This document shows positions 8,885 through 20,300 of a DNA stretch of 64,000 nt, in pieces; within the stretch, counting starts at the first letter, position 1, and the number at the start of each line of letters is the position of its first letter. Source of the stretch: a virus; the IMG/VR virus record IMGVR_UViG_3300035162_004655, positions 3,576 through 67,575 of that record. One strand, 5' to 3'. The notes under the pieces were generated by a model. That model was not told the DNA's origin and did not search any database. It worked only from the letters and a program-made list of their open reading frames with translations. The translations under genes and the position numbers were made by a program.

Positions 8885-11800
8885 AACCATTAATCCTTAT
8901 TGCTTGCTTTTTACCTCTGGCATTAATTTGGATTATTATGAAACTCTCATTATGGATTGCAGCTGTTAATCAAGAACAGAATTATGTCCGAACAGAATCC
9001 AACAAACCACACGGACCATATGTGGCAGATGCATATGCGGATGTTGATGGGGAGGAAGAAGAATATGGAGACCGCACAGATTATAGATGATGCTTTATAT
9101 GAGTATTATACTGTAGAACAAGGCAAATCAGTCCCCAATTGGAAGTATATGAAGGATGCTGATTGGTGGATTGACTATCTTGAAAGTTTAGGTATGGATC
9201 CAAGAAATCCATAGTGTTAAATATAACACAAGTTGCACTGAAGCAATGGATCAGAACTTAAATTGGAACTTATTGCATCAGTTTGCAAAAGAACTGGGAC
9301 AAGAAGGTCATGACTACAAAATACATAAGAGATCCTTATCAGACACAGTGAGCACACACAAGGAAATTGTGATAGAATATGGGTATAAACAAGAGAAACC
9401 TGATGCCCGATGAAACTTGGACAGTCATGAACAATCTTGAGCAATCATTTTCCCGAATTTCTACAGTAGAATTTATGTTGGATGAATTGCAAGAGGCTGT
9501 AGATGAACAAAATCAAATGAAAATTGTTGATATTTGTTATGCACTAAACTCTTTCCTTCCAGTTTATACTGAAAACTGGGATAAAAACTTTAAGAAAGCA
9601 TGGGAACAGGTTGTAGTATGATACCAGTTTTTGTTGATGATCCTAACACATGGACAAAAATACAGGTTCCACAAGAGATTGTGAGAATTTGTGAGAATTT
9701 TACGGCACTCGATCCCCATAATAAAGAGAATACAATTACTGAGAAGTTGAGACTGATCGATTGTTATTGGTATAATATGGGATACTATGATATTGCTCCC
9801 CCACTCTTTCCTTTGTTTAAATAAAATGATTAATCCAATCTCCTATGTAAAAAACACCAGAACTTCTTATTCTAAGTTTTTAGAAAAGAGTGTGAAAGAA
9901 GTTCAGGTTCAGTTTGATGATGAAAATCCTGCATGGATTCCTTATGATACTTTAATCGCAATAGATCGCATGATTACAAATGGAAAAGAATAATATTGTA
10001 GAGTATACAGGATGCTCCCAAGAGCAGATAAGATGGGGAAATAATGATGATCCTACTTCCTATCTTATAATTGGTAAAGAATATATTATTGAAAAAGTGG
10101 ATGTTCGTTCTCAACATACGAAAATCAAACTTTACAATAAGGAGGGATGGTTTAACTCAGTATGCTTTGAACTGAAAGATTCTGGGGTAAATAGTAGTTT
10201 AGAATATCTAAAAGACATGGATCCAGATAGCATACAATTAGAGACCACATCTAAACTCTTTGAATATGAAAAACTATCCAGAGAAATTGAGAACTGTGAA
10301 GATCTTGATACAATGAAAGAAATGGCTAGATGCTTTATTAAATTGTATCTAAGACATCAAGAAGTTACAGTCCAAACTATGAAAATGCGATGAGTTTAAT
10401 TGACCCTTCTGACCCACTATTTTTCACAGAATCATCCAGTGAACCTTATGATCGACATCACTATAAAATCGTAAAAACTGATGGTATGTCTCTTACAGTA
10501 GAATCATGGGGAGAAGCACAATCAGTCTGGTGGAATACTCCATCATCTTTTCTCTCTCATATTGATGTAATAGATAAACAAGAAACAAAAGGTTTCAAAT
10601 GATTAATGATTTTCTAGACAACTTAGGTGCTCAACAACATGAAAAAATGATTGAGAAAAATGCCAGCAAAGAAGACTACTACAACTCGCAAAGCGAAGGT
10701 AAAGAGTTCAGCAAAAACTCCCAAGAAAAAGAATCTAACACCTGAAGAAATGCATCCATTTAAAGCATTCCCTTATCGATTAGAGTATAAGGACGGAAAC
10801 GAAGATCGAATTTGCCACTTTGATTGTGATGAACACAGACAAGCATACATCAAACGATACAAACTTAGAAAAAACAAATACACAATTAATGATCTCACCG
10901 TTGCCTAACCTAATCGCAATGGGCTTGATATTTCTGTCCGTCTTTGCTATAATCCTTGCAGGATACATTCACGGGCATATGAGCATCTCTGCTGTATACA
11001 AAACTTTAAATCCATGACTAAAAAAGAATTTACTGGAAAGGGTGGTGAAAGTTGGGAGTGGGAAGAAACTCCTGAGGTTACTGAGGCACTCAAACAACTT
11101 CATGATAGAGTGAGACTTGCTAAACTCAAAGAGCAAGATGATCAACTAAACTATGATACAGGAGGAAAATGAAAGACCAACCAATTACCGTTGAAGATTA
11201 CAAAGAGCACAGTCAAGAGTTCTTTGATAAGTATTTCTATGTTGCCAAAGAACTTGGTGAAGGTGCTAAGGCAGAAGACATCCTTAAAATTATGGAGTCT
11301 CTTGCTGGTGTTGTTATGAAGAAAAGATCTGAAACTAAAGTAGGACCTTTTGGATTTAATAAAAAACCACCGGAAGAGAATAATGATTCAGACTGATACT
11401 CAATCAGAGGTTATTATACCAGAAGGTGCCGAACTTATTGACGAGTGTTTCTATGTTTGGGCAACTCGTTACGGTTTGTTTTCTTCGATGACTAAACAAG
11501 GTCGTCAAATGCTCACTGGTGGCATTAAAGAAAATGTGACTATTATGACACGATGGCACCTTAAGTGTGAGCAAGAAGGTTGGCCAGAAGGTAGCACTAG
11601 AGTGGTAAATGATGGTATAGTTAGTGGTAAACTTTAATATATGGATGCCAAAGTGTTAAATACCTAAAACATCTAAACAAATCTTAAAGTGGATTTATCC
11701 GACAAAAAAGCAACAAAAAAAATCATCAAAAGATCTAAAAAACATCCTGAATGGTATTCTCAAGAAGAAGTAGCATATGCTAAAATGCTTAGAAAACGAC

Positions 11801-12570
11801 TAAAGAAAAATGAAAGACAGTCTGAAAGTAGACCAGAATAAAGACGGAACCTTTAGTCTTGAATGGGACAAAGATGATCCTAATTGGAAGTTCTTAAATG
11901 ATAAGACAAGTAAGGAAATTCAAGAAATTGTAAATCAAGCAATTAAGGATGGATTAAATGGGTAACATCAAAGACGTTACAAATTCCCCACAAGATTGGG
12001 AGAATTTTTGGGATTCTCCGGAAACTTATGATGAATGGAGTTTTGACGACTTTGAGAAGATATGGAATGAAATGGAAAAAATTGAACCACTAACAACAGA
12101 AAACTAATTATGGCACTCTCAGAATCAGTCGAAGCATCACTCAAAGAAGCAGAACAATCACTTCGTAATGCACTTGCATTTGCGGCAAGGCAAGAAAGAC
12201 CAATGGTTTGCAGCACTATTGCAGAAATGATTGGTAAAATAGAATCAGTTATCCATACTGATGTGATACTTGATAAGCTTGAAAATCGTAATCCCGGAGA
12301 TAATGGCATCTTTGGTTCTTGGTTTGATGCTGATGAATAAATGTGAATAAAAACTTAAGTTCCTAGATAATATTGAATTCTAATGTTAGAATATCAACAC
12401 ACCGCAAGAAATCTATGACTTTACCAAAAAACGGCAAGAAATTGACCGAAATGGAGGAAAAAAGCATGAAAATTGCCCTAAAGGAGGCAGATATACGTGC
12501 AATTCACCCAGAAAGAATGGAAGCTCTTGCTCATTATTTGGTAGAAAAGGCAAAAAGTCAAAATAAATAA
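8881..12570 (+). other. Run of short, tightly packed + strand hypothetical ORFs (e.g. 8881-9090, 9065-9214, 9403-9621, 9980-10393, 10390-10602, 10660-10908, 11169-11396, 12110-12340)
   Basis: Abutting or overlapping start/stop codons on one strand. No recognisable catalytic motifs. Confidence 0.6.
10925..10953 (+). promoter_or_regulatory. Sigma70-type promoter TTGATA-N17-(TGC)TATAAT inside a small membrane ORF
   Basis: 5/6 -35 match, 17 bp spacer, extended -10. Confidence 0.45.
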
Positions 12571-12590
12571 AAGTATAAGAACAGTAACAC

Positions 12591-12818
12591 ATGGAAAACA
12601 TCGAAACTCACATCGCCAAGGACAAAGAAATCCTTGACAATCCTATGATCTCACCCAATCAACGTCGTCACATTGAAGGTGAACTACATGAATTGGAAGA
12701 ATATGCTGAACATCATAAGTCAGAGATTGAAGCAGGTGATCATCACGATCCCTCACCACTAGAACTATTTTGTGATGCTAACCCATCAGAACCCGAATGT
12801 CTAGTTTATGAAGACTGA
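12591..12818 (+). CDS. cp12: CP12 Calvin-cycle inhibitor (phage auxiliary metabolic gene)
   Basis: C-terminus LELFCDANPSEPECLVYED is the CP12 signature. N-terminus IETHIAKDKEILDNP is the cyanophage type without the N-terminal Cys pair. Confidence 0.92.
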   Translation: MENIETHIAKDKEILDNPMISPNQRRHIEGELHELEEYAEHHKSEIEAGDHHDPSPLELFCDANPSEPECLVYED

Positions 12819-12820
12819 TT

Positions 12821-12893
12821 GAGACAGTTTGAGAAGTGTCACACTGACCCTTACAGGGTCTTTTTTATGCCTTATAATACAGAGGTAATCAAG
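12821..12893 (+). promoter_or_regulatory. Early-type promoter element copy 4
   Basis: GAGACA-N9-GTGTCAC, TATAAT at 12873, then ACAGAGGTAATCAAG. Confidence 0.75.
12846..12866 (+). terminator. Intrinsic terminator after cp12, nested in the promoter element
   Basis: GACCC-TTACA-GGGTC stem followed by T6. Confidence 0.65.
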
Positions 12894-12903
12894 CAAAGGC
12901 ACC

Positions 12904-13326
12904 ATGGGAACCCGTTCTCGCATCGGCATCGAACTTGCAGATAGTTCTATTCTCAGCGTATATTCGCACTATGATGGATATCCTGCGTTCAATGGTCGTG
13001 TTCTGCGTGACAACTATGATACCATTGAGAAAGTAAAAGAACTGATTGACGGTGGTAATATGTCATGCACCTGGACTAATGCCGGTTGGAGTAATGAAAC
13101 TCTGCCTGAGTCTGGTGCTCTGTATTATACTTCCCGTGGTGAATCTCTTGAAGATAATGCACCACGTCTTGATAAAGATATGGAAGAGTTTTTCTCTGAT
13201 GGTGAAGAATACTCCTATATCTTCCGTAATGGTAACTGGTTTGCCTATGACATGCACCAGTTTGAAGACATGGTAGCACCAGAACCTGTGGAAATTCCTG
13301 CTGGTTCTCTCACCAATGACAATTAA
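12904..13326 (+). CDS. Conserved phage hypothetical protein (MGTRSRIG...Y.H.DGYP family)
   Basis: Recognisable N-terminal motif and EEYSYIF. Directly downstream of promoter copy 4. Confidence 0.75.
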   Translation: MGTRSRIGIELADSSILSVYSHYDGYPAFNGRVLRDNYDTIEKVKELIDGGNMSCTWTNAGWSNETLPESGALYYTSRGESLEDNAPRLDKDMEEFFSDGEEYSYIFRNGNWFAYDMHQFEDMVAPEPVEIPAGSLTNDN

Positions 13327-13331
13327 TTATT

Positions 13332-13715
13332 ATGTTTAAATTCAGTTCAGGTCTCATTATTGGTATTATTCTTTCAACGGTTGGAGTCAATGGAATTGTA
13401 AAACTTTCTGATAATATTTTGAATAATGTTCAGAATAAAACACGAGAGGCAACTTATTCTCAAAATCAAAATCAACAACAACCGAGACAAGTTCCTCCCA
13501 ATATTCCATCTAATCAAAATCAACAACAATCAAGGCAATACTCAAGTATTTCACCTGATGAAAGACGTGCTCCGCAAATTAGTCGTGATGTACCATCCTA
13601 TATCCCACAAATTAGTCGTGACATAACACAACCATCCTATATCCCACAAATTGATCGTGAGATAACACAACAATCCTACGACCCATACAATGGGTTGGGA
13701 GCTCAGTTCGACTGA
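13332..13715 (+). CDS. Membrane-anchored Q/P-rich protein with internal repeats
   Basis: N-terminal hydrophobic helix, QNQQQ twice and PQI(S/D)R(D/E) three times. Confidence 0.65.
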   Translation: MFKFSSGLIIGIILSTVGVNGIVKLSDNILNNVQNKTREATYSQNQNQQQPRQVPPNIPSNQNQQQSRQYSSISPDERRAPQISRDVPSYIPQISRDITQPSYIPQIDREITQQSYDPYNGLGAQFD

Positions 13716-13785
13716 CAGTTGAACTAGTGTCACAAGGCATCTTGAAACTCCTTCAGGATGCCCTATAATAACAAAGTAAGCAAGG
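13712..13785 (+). promoter_or_regulatory. Early-type promoter element copy 5
   Basis: CTGACA-N9-GTGTCAC, 11 bp stem GGCATCTTGAA/TTCAGGATGCC, TATAAT at 13764. Confidence 0.75.
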
Positions 13786-13793
13786 AAACCACC

Positions 13794-14165
13794 ATGACTG
13801 CCACCTTCACCGACTACGTTGCTCAGAAAGACGCTCAGAACACCATTCAACTGAATGTCACTAAGTATGCTCTCATGCTTTGTGATGCTCTCCAACAAAG
13901 TCATCAACGTCAGTATCCAAATAGTGGTCGCAACTATTCTTATGCACTGATTTCTGGTCGTAAGTATCACAAAGTGATGCAGTGTGTAGATGGTCAGACT
14001 GAATCAGTTCATGCCTTCATTGATAAGAAGACTGGTGAAGTATACAAGCCCGCAAGCATCAAGGCACCAGCAAAAGGTGTTCGTTTCAATCTGCTAATCA
14101 TCAAAGAACGTGAGTTTGTGTTGGAGAACTGTGATTGGGCAGGTTCTTATCTTTACATTCGTTGA
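13794..14165 (+). CDS. Conserved phage hypothetical protein (SVHAFIDK.TG.VYKPAS.KAPAK family)
   Basis: Recognisable motif. ATG after CAAGGA. Confidence 0.75.
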   Translation: MTATFTDYVAQKDAQNTIQLNVTKYALMLCDALQQSHQRQYPNSGRNYSYALISGRKYHKVMQCVDGQTESVHAFIDKKTGEVYKPASIKAPAKGVRFNLLIIKEREFVLENCDWAGSYLYIR

Positions 14166-14201
14166 TTATTCCTAAATCTTTTCATTAAACACCGAATTAT
14201 T

Positions 14202-14591
14202 ATGGCACACGAATACGATCTCACGGACCAATCTGACCTTGACATGTTAGATGAGGTTGATGGTGAGTATTACAATTGGGATCAGAATCACTCTGGTTAT
14301 TTGTGGTTGACTGATGAATGTGTGGATAAGTATGGATTAGTGAGAGGAATGGATGTAGAACCCATTGATTGGGAGAATCTTTATAAAGATGATGATTACT
14401 ATGATGAATATAGAGAGAGAGGATTGAAGTGGGATCTTTATATTCAACAATATGCCTCAGTGCATGATAAGGATGGAAAGTATCTCCGTGATTGCACCTA
14501 TGATGATTGGGAAGTATGTAAGGCAAATGGTATTAAGGAAGAAATGTTAAGTGATGAAGGTTGTGAAGTTATGGGATGGTGCGACGGATGA
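14202..14591 (+). CDS. Highly acidic hypothetical protein
   Basis: 36 D/E versus 11 K/R in 129 aa (hand count). Confidence 0.65.
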   Translation: MAHEYDLTDQSDLDMLDEVDGEYYNWDQNHSGYLWLTDECVDKYGLVRGMDVEPIDWENLYKDDDYYDEYRERGLKWDLYIQQYASVHDKDGKYLRDCTYDDWEVCKANGIKEEMLSDEGCEVMGWCDG

Positions 14592-15088
14592 TTGTAAATC
14601 TAACAAAGAATGAGATAAAGCATCTTGTCTACCTTCTGGGTAGAGGAGATGGTGATTATCCTGAATTGAATCAGAATCTATTGAACAAATTAGAATCACT
14701 GATTGAAGTCTGTACTTGTAAAGAAAAAGATTCTGAGACTGAACAATGAAAGCATCATCTGATCGATGGATTGTCTCATGGAAACGTGAGAAGAAAAATG
14801 GTTACACTTCAACTCAACAGGTTGTAGTCTATGGAATCAAAAATGTTGAGCACATTATCAATACAATGGTTCCGACAGATGAATGGTGTGTCACTCCAGC
14901 ATGAAACATTATAAATTATACTAAAAACTTGTGGAGAACTACTAATGACATTCATTCTTTGGTGGGTTGCCGGTTCTATTGTTGGTGCCGGAATTAATTA
15001 CATTCTAATGTTTGATACTGACAATGATGACTGCTAAAGAAAAACTTTTATTCTTATCATCTTTTATCTGGGTTTTACATTGGGGAAC

Positions 15089-15505
15089 ATGTCTTACATC
15101 TTTCATAGTGGATACGGTTATTCTCAAAAACGGTGTGAGGATATTACCCATTGGTTTTTGAGTGAATTTTTCCCACGACATAAAATTGTGGTAGAGATTG
15201 AACACAAAGGTCTCAAACGTGATGGTGTTGTTGGGTATTGTGATGTGATTGGTAATGATTATCGACCACGACACTTCTTGATTGAACTTCAGGCACGTAT
15301 GTCTGAGGAAATGTATATAAAAACTCTTTTTCATGAACTGACTCATCTGGCACAGTGGGTAGGTGGTTCTCTGCGGTTTCATCATGGAAAAATGAGGTAT
15401 TGTCAAGAACCGGTGGAGAATTATGATTATTGGGATCAACCACATGAAATTGAGGCACGGGAGGAAGAAGTAAGGCTATATGATCAGTGGTTAAATGAGG
15501 AATAG
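15089..15505 (+). CDS. Putative zincin metallopeptidase
   Basis: TLFHELTHLAQ (HExxH) and downstream YWDQPHEIEA. Confidence 0.7.
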   Translation: MSYIFHSGYGYSQKRCEDITHWFLSEFFPRHKIVVEIEHKGLKRDGVVGYCDVIGNDYRPRHFLIELQARMSEEMYIKTLFHELTHLAQWVGGSLRFHHGKMRYCQEPVENYDYWDQPHEIEAREEEVRLYDQWLNEE

Positions 15506-15508
15506 AGT

Positions 15509-15581
15509 GTGACACCTGTCAAACCGTCCACCAACCGACCACAGAGCAGGACAGACCTGCTATAATTACAAAGTAATCAAG
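15509..15581 (+). promoter_or_regulatory. Early-type promoter element copy 6
   Basis: GTGACA-N10-CGTCCAC, hairpin AGCAGG/CCTGCT, TGC-TATAAT at 15561, then AAAGTAATCAAG. Confidence 0.75.
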
Positions 15582-15596
15582 GGAACACCACCTTCC

Positions 15597-15866
15597 ATGC
15601 AAATCACCAATAACGTCACCACTGTTGATTTCTTTCCTGAGGCATTCATTGCCGAGGCAGATGAAGACAAAGGAATGGTCGTAACAGTCAAACGTTTTCA
15701 GAAACGTGTCACCTTCAATTCTAATGGTCTCAAGTCATATTCGACTGTGACTGCATTGACGGCACGTAATGAGTGGTCAGAACGTATTGCTAACGGTGCG
15801 GTGGTAACTGACTTCAATCTTGACAAAATGCCACGTTCAGAGTATACTCCTATGGCAGTAGGTTGA
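15597..15866 (+). CDS. Hypothetical early protein
   Basis: First ORF after promoter copy 6; C-ending codon bias like other early genes. Confidence 0.7.
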   Translation: MQITNNVTTVDFFPEAFIAEADEDKGMVVTVKRFQKRVTFNSNGLKSYSTVTALTARNEWSERIANGAVVTDFNLDKMPRSEYTPMAVG

Positions 15867-15968
15867 TGAAAGTAATTCAGTATATACTGAGTGGCATTTG
15901 TATTACATTTGTCCTCAGTGTTTATTTGTTATTTTTGTCCCATCGTGATTCCAAACTGTTTGAGAACT

Positions 15969-17658
15969 ATGAATCAACAACAATCCAATCAAGAGTTCGT
16001 GAATGACTTGTTTGATAAACTCTTTAGTCATGTAGATACGGACATGATTGATTTACACGATGATGATTCGTGTTGTGACCATCTTGAATTTGAACAACTT
16101 GCTCTTGACTTCTAATGACTGATCTAACTTTTTCCGGTGTATTTCTAACAGTTGAGGAGCACAATTGCATGTATACGGTTTGTAGTGAGGGTGAATTATT
16201 CCGTGCCTCATTTGATAAGTTAGTATTAAACTTTGATGAGTTTGAGATTGTAGATTTTTGGGATGATGATGTGGACGGAGAACAATTAGAGGAGATACAA
16301 TCAAAGTTAATTGACATGATGCAAATTGCCGGACTGTATTTCAAATCACAACCGATTGTATTATCAGGAGTTAATGAATGAAGAAGACTGAGACTAATAT
16401 TGAACTAAATGTGCATGAGTTAGATATTATACTCAAGGCACTTGAATTAGTAGAGAACGGAGATGAGATACAGATCAATCGATCATCGGGTAGTATTGAT
16501 ACATTGTATGATCGGTTATATGATTATTATGTTACCCTAGACACATCAAACGTCGAACTCAATTATGAATCTTATGTTGAACCCTCTTTCTAAAGTCACA
16601 CCAGTGACACCACAAACAAATCCAGAGTTATGGTATTCATGGTATAATGTGGTCAAAGAAGATGCTCCTGAAGTATTGGATCAGTTTATTGAAAACACTG
16701 CTGCCAAGATGGAACTGACTGTTGATTACTTTACTGCGGAGTTCTTATGAAAAGGTATTTGTATGTTGTTGATTACTGGGTGCCATTTCCATCATCAGAA
16801 TATGGAGGGTTAATTACATTAATTGCAGAGAATGATGCAGAAGCCCTTGAGTTGTTATCTGATGAGGAATCATTTCATGAAGACTATGGGCATTTGATTA
16901 TGGAGAAGATTATTACTGCGACTAAGTTAGAGTTGGCGGATGATTATGAAAGTGGTATAATAGAGGTATTCTGCACTTAATCTCTATGGAAGAATTATAT
17001 AAACTCCAAGAAGAAGGAACATCAGGATGGACTGATATTACGGGACCATTAACAAGAGAAGAATGTAAGAAGTATTATGATGCAGAATTAAATGAAGGTA
17101 CAAGTCCAAAACGATTAAAGGTTGTAAGAGTCCAATGATTGATTTCCCACATCTACCACCCGAAGGTTTTTCTTATTCATTTGAATCATTTAATGCAAGG
17201 TATGATGCAATATGGATAATCAATCATGGTTTGTTTTCTTATAGAAATACACCACCTAAATCAATATGGGGATTCTATTCATCAAAGAAGGGAAAGTATT
17301 ATGCACCGATTAATTCAAAGAAGGTAGGTAAGGAAGTATCAATTAAGGATACAACACCTTATAGTGCAATGAAAAAGAACCTAAATCCATTAGAAGCAAT
17401 ATTGTACTCATGAGTTATGTCCCAAAGGTCAATGATTATGTAATATGGAATCATCATGGTATTATACATGAAGGATGGATATACTTTGTTGATAGTGCCT
17501 ATATTACGATTGAGACGGCAGTAAGACCTAAACCTAATTGTGAGTATACCAGAGAAGAGAAACATAAGTATATACATACTTTGCTTTGTTGTTATCCTCA
17601 TCAGTGGAAAGATCTTACCTATGTAAAAAGTCGGAAGAGCATCTATGAATCATTATAA
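15969..17658 (+). other. Run of short coupled hypothetical ORFs (15969-16115, 16115-16381, 16378-16593, 16747-16980, 17135-17413, 17410-17658), several acidic
   Basis: Overlapping start/stop codons. 16747 (YVVDYWVPFPSSEYGG) and 17135 (FPH.PP.G..Y, IWGFY, TTPYSAM) look like conserved cyanophage families. Confidence 0.6.
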
Positions 17659-18289
17659 AAAAGTATTATTTCCTATACATATTTTTCAGACAAATATACG
17701 TGAAAATGTGTTGATTTTAGATGATGCATTAGATAAAATTGAATATCTTTATAAAAGAAAAAATTTAAATGTTCCTGGTGGATGGTTGACAGATAATCTT
17801 TTTACCACATTTGAATCTGGCGAAATAAATTCATCTTTATTTCATAAAGATAGTGTATTTGTCAAGTATTATCGTGAGTATGTAACGAAGTTTTTTGATA
17901 AACCAGTTGAATTTGAATTTGATGATATTTGGTTAAATGTCTACTCAAAAGGTGAATTTCAGGAGCAACACTCACATTTATCTCCCAGCATTTTTATGAA
18001 AAGGACACATTTTTCTTGTATTCATTATTTGAAATTTGATCCAGAGGTTCATAAATCTGTAGTATTTGTTGATCCGTTAGATGAAATGAGATATAATACA
18101 TTAGAGATGGATTCAAATTATTATAGAGATAGATGGTCGCCACAGATTCGTGAGGGTGATTTATTAATGTTCCCATCATATTTGGAACATTTTGTGAATA
18201 AATCTGATCCAACACCAGATAATCCAAGAATATCGATATCATTTAATATTTGGATAAAACAATACGGAGAACAAACACATGAAGATTAA
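17645..18289 (+). CDS. 2OG-Fe(II) oxygenase (TIGR02466-like)
   Basis: WLN...QEQHSH, SCIHY, EGDLLMFPSYLEHFV and RISISFN motifs. Confidence 0.85.
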   Translation: MNHYKKVLFPIHIFQTNIRENVLILDDALDKIEYLYKRKNLNVPGGWLTDNLFTTFESGEINSSLFHKDSVFVKYYREYVTKFFDKPVEFEFDDIWLNVYSKGEFQEQHSHLSPSIFMKRTHFSCIHYLKFDPEVHKSVVFVDPLDEMRYNTLEMDSNYYRDRWSPQIREGDLLMFPSYLEHFVNKSDPTPDNPRISISFNIWIKQYGEQTHED

Positions 18290-18761
18290 TTTTGATGATA
18301 ATTTTTTAGAAAAGAGAGAGTTTGAGATTGTTCGCAATTATTGTTTAGATGCATCATATTATTATGGTGAGAGTGATAATGGTGATGGTATTGTGACTGG
18401 AATGATACATAACATACCAGAAACAGAATTTGTATATAAGTTATTTCGTAAGAAGTTAATGGATAAGTGTCCATTTCTTTCAGACATGAAATTATATCGG
18501 ATTTATATAAATTGTTTTGCTCCGAATGAAAATCCATATTTTCATACTGATGGAGAGGGATTAACATTTTTACATTATGTGAATAGTGAATGGAATTTGC
18601 AAGAGGGAGGAGAAACACAGTTTTGTGTGGACGATAACATTTATGGTATTGTTCCGATGCCAAATCGATTGGTGATGTTTGATGGTAAGATATTACATCG
18701 TGCGACATCATTTCGGAATAATCATAGGTTCACGGTTGCAATTAAGTATTCACCACAATAA
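18279..18761 (+). CDS. 2OG-Fe(II) oxygenase, prolyl-4-hydroxylase-like
   Basis: FHTD (HxD), W...GGETQF, NRLVMFDG.ILHRA and RFTVA motifs. Confidence 0.85.
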   Translation: MKINFDDNFLEKREFEIVRNYCLDASYYYGESDNGDGIVTGMIHNIPETEFVYKLFRKKLMDKCPFLSDMKLYRIYINCFAPNENPYFHTDGEGLTFLHYVNSEWNLQEGGETQFCVDDNIYGIVPMPNRLVMFDGKILHRATSFRNNHRFTVAIKYSPQ

Positions 18762-18764
18762 ATA
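18757..18764 (+). promoter_or_regulatory. Late promoter AATAAATA
   Basis: NATAAATA box 23 nt upstream of the ATG at 18788. Confidence 0.6.
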
Positions 18765-18787
18765 TAAAAAAGTAGTTTACCATATCC

Positions 18788-19951
18788 ATGGCAGTCAATA
18801 TTAGTAAAGTTGAAAAACTTACAGGTTCTTCGGGTCCTATATCTTTTTCTCAAATTAAAGATGAGTTTGGAGGAAATACTACAAATATCCGTGCCTCACT
18901 TTATAGAAGAAATGATGGTGATAATGTAGATTGGGACGGTCCTAATGCATCAAAAATTGAACCAAAAATTCCTGATGCAACAGAAAATCAAGACATTGGT
19001 TCCAAAAATAATTGGAATGTGAGTGCATTAAGAAATACTGTCATGGAGTATAATGTCACTCAGAGTGGAAGTAATGAGGAACTGGTATATTTTGATAGTG
19101 ATACATCAACATGGAATGGAAATTTAAATCGTAATGTTTTAAAGAAATTTGATGTAACAGGAACTATCTTTGCAAATCAAATTAATAAAGATGCACTTAC
19201 ATTTGGAGGTGATTTATATAATTTAGAAATTGAGGTTGATGGGACCGGAAAAATTTATGGTGAGGGAGGTAGTATTGGATCTGGAGCAGGAGGAGATGCA
19301 CTGTATGTAAACAATACCAGAACAAATTCACCTGTTGAGATTTATTCCTACGGACAAATTTATGCTGGAGGTGGTGGAGGTGCTTCTGGAAATCCCGGAA
19401 ATAGTGGTTCAAGTTTAAGTTGTAGTAGTACCAGTTATTATAATGCGAACAATCCATTTAGGAGTGGAACCAATTTAAGTGATGCAAGACCTGGGCAAAC
19501 ATGTCGTAGAGCAAGAAGTGGAGGAAGATGGGTGAGTGCAAATCAAAGTGGTATAAGAAATCGTTGTCGTGGAGGTGGAACAAGAAGAGGTAGTGGTGAT
19601 TATCCGGGAGGTAATTATCAGTGTTCTTCATCTTGGAATGTTCTTTGTGTACGAACCAACAGTTATAATTTAGGTGGAGGTAATGGAGGAAATGGCGGTA
19701 GTGGAGGACGTGGCAGAGGATTCAGTTATCAGAGTGGAAGTTTGTCAGGAAATTCTGGAAACAGTGGAAACTCAAATAGTTGTAGTGGAGGTACTTCAAC
19801 AGGAAACCGTGGAAATTCTGGAACGAGTGGTGGAGATTGGGGACAATCTGGAGGAAGTGGTGCTTCTGCAGGAATTGCAATTCAAAAGAAGAATGCCGTG
19901 ATGAAAAGTTATACAAGCAATACTGTAAAGGGTAGGATTGTTGATATATAA
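18788..19951 (+). CDS. Glycine-rich virion protein, T-even gp38-like adhesin / receptor-binding protein
   Basis: IYGEGG..G..GGDAL...IYSYGQIYAGGGGG...GGDWGQSG...AGIAI...VKGRI follows the gp38 glycine-rich-motif order. N-terminus GPISFSQIKDEFGG; late promoter. Confidence 0.6.
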   Translation: MAVNISKVEKLTGSSGPISFSQIKDEFGGNTTNIRASLYRRNDGDNVDWDGPNASKIEPKIPDATENQDIGSKNNWNVSALRNTVMEYNVTQSGSNEELVYFDSDTSTWNGNLNRNVLKKFDVTGTIFANQINKDALTFGGDLYNLEIEVDGTGKIYGEGGSIGSGAGGDALYVNNTRTNSPVEIYSYGQIYAGGGGGASGNPGNSGSSLSCSSTSYYNANNPFRSGTNLSDARPGQTCRRARSGGRWVSANQSGIRNRCRGGGTRRGSGDYPGGNYQCSSSWNVLCVRTNSYNLGGGNGGNGGSGGRGRGFSYQSGSLSGNSGNSGNSNSCSGGTSTGNRGNSGTSGGDWGQSGGSGASAGIAIQKKNAVMKSYTSNTVKGRIVDI

Positions 19952-19970
19952 TGTGCAATGAGATTTTACT

Positions 19971-20300
19971 ATGTTAGATGATTTAGTATTTAAATTTATG
20001 GATGAATTTTTCTTAAAAGAGAGAGAAATATTCTTTGATGCATCTAAGAACTGTCAAAAAGAACGATGGAGTATTTGTCAGGCATGTGAACACTTTGATG
20101 AACCGGAGGAAGGATGTAAAGAATGTGGATGTTATTTACCTCATAAGATAAAAGATCAGTGGGGTGATTGTCCATTAGATAAGTGGATATCAAATGATGA
20201 AGAATGGAAGAGTAAGTATTATAATGAATTAAAAGATGTTATAATAGAGAAGTATCCAGAGTATCAAGAACTAATTGAAAAACATGAACGAATCAATTGA
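19971..20300 (+). CDS. Cys-rich protein, DUF6171-like
   Basis: ERWSICQAC...CKECGC...K......CPLDKW. Confidence 0.7.
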   Translation: MLDDLVFKFMDEFFLKEREIFFDASKNCQKERWSICQACEHFDEPEEGCKECGCYLPHKIKDQWGDCPLDKWISNDEEWKSKYYNELKDVIIEKYPEYQELIEKHERIN

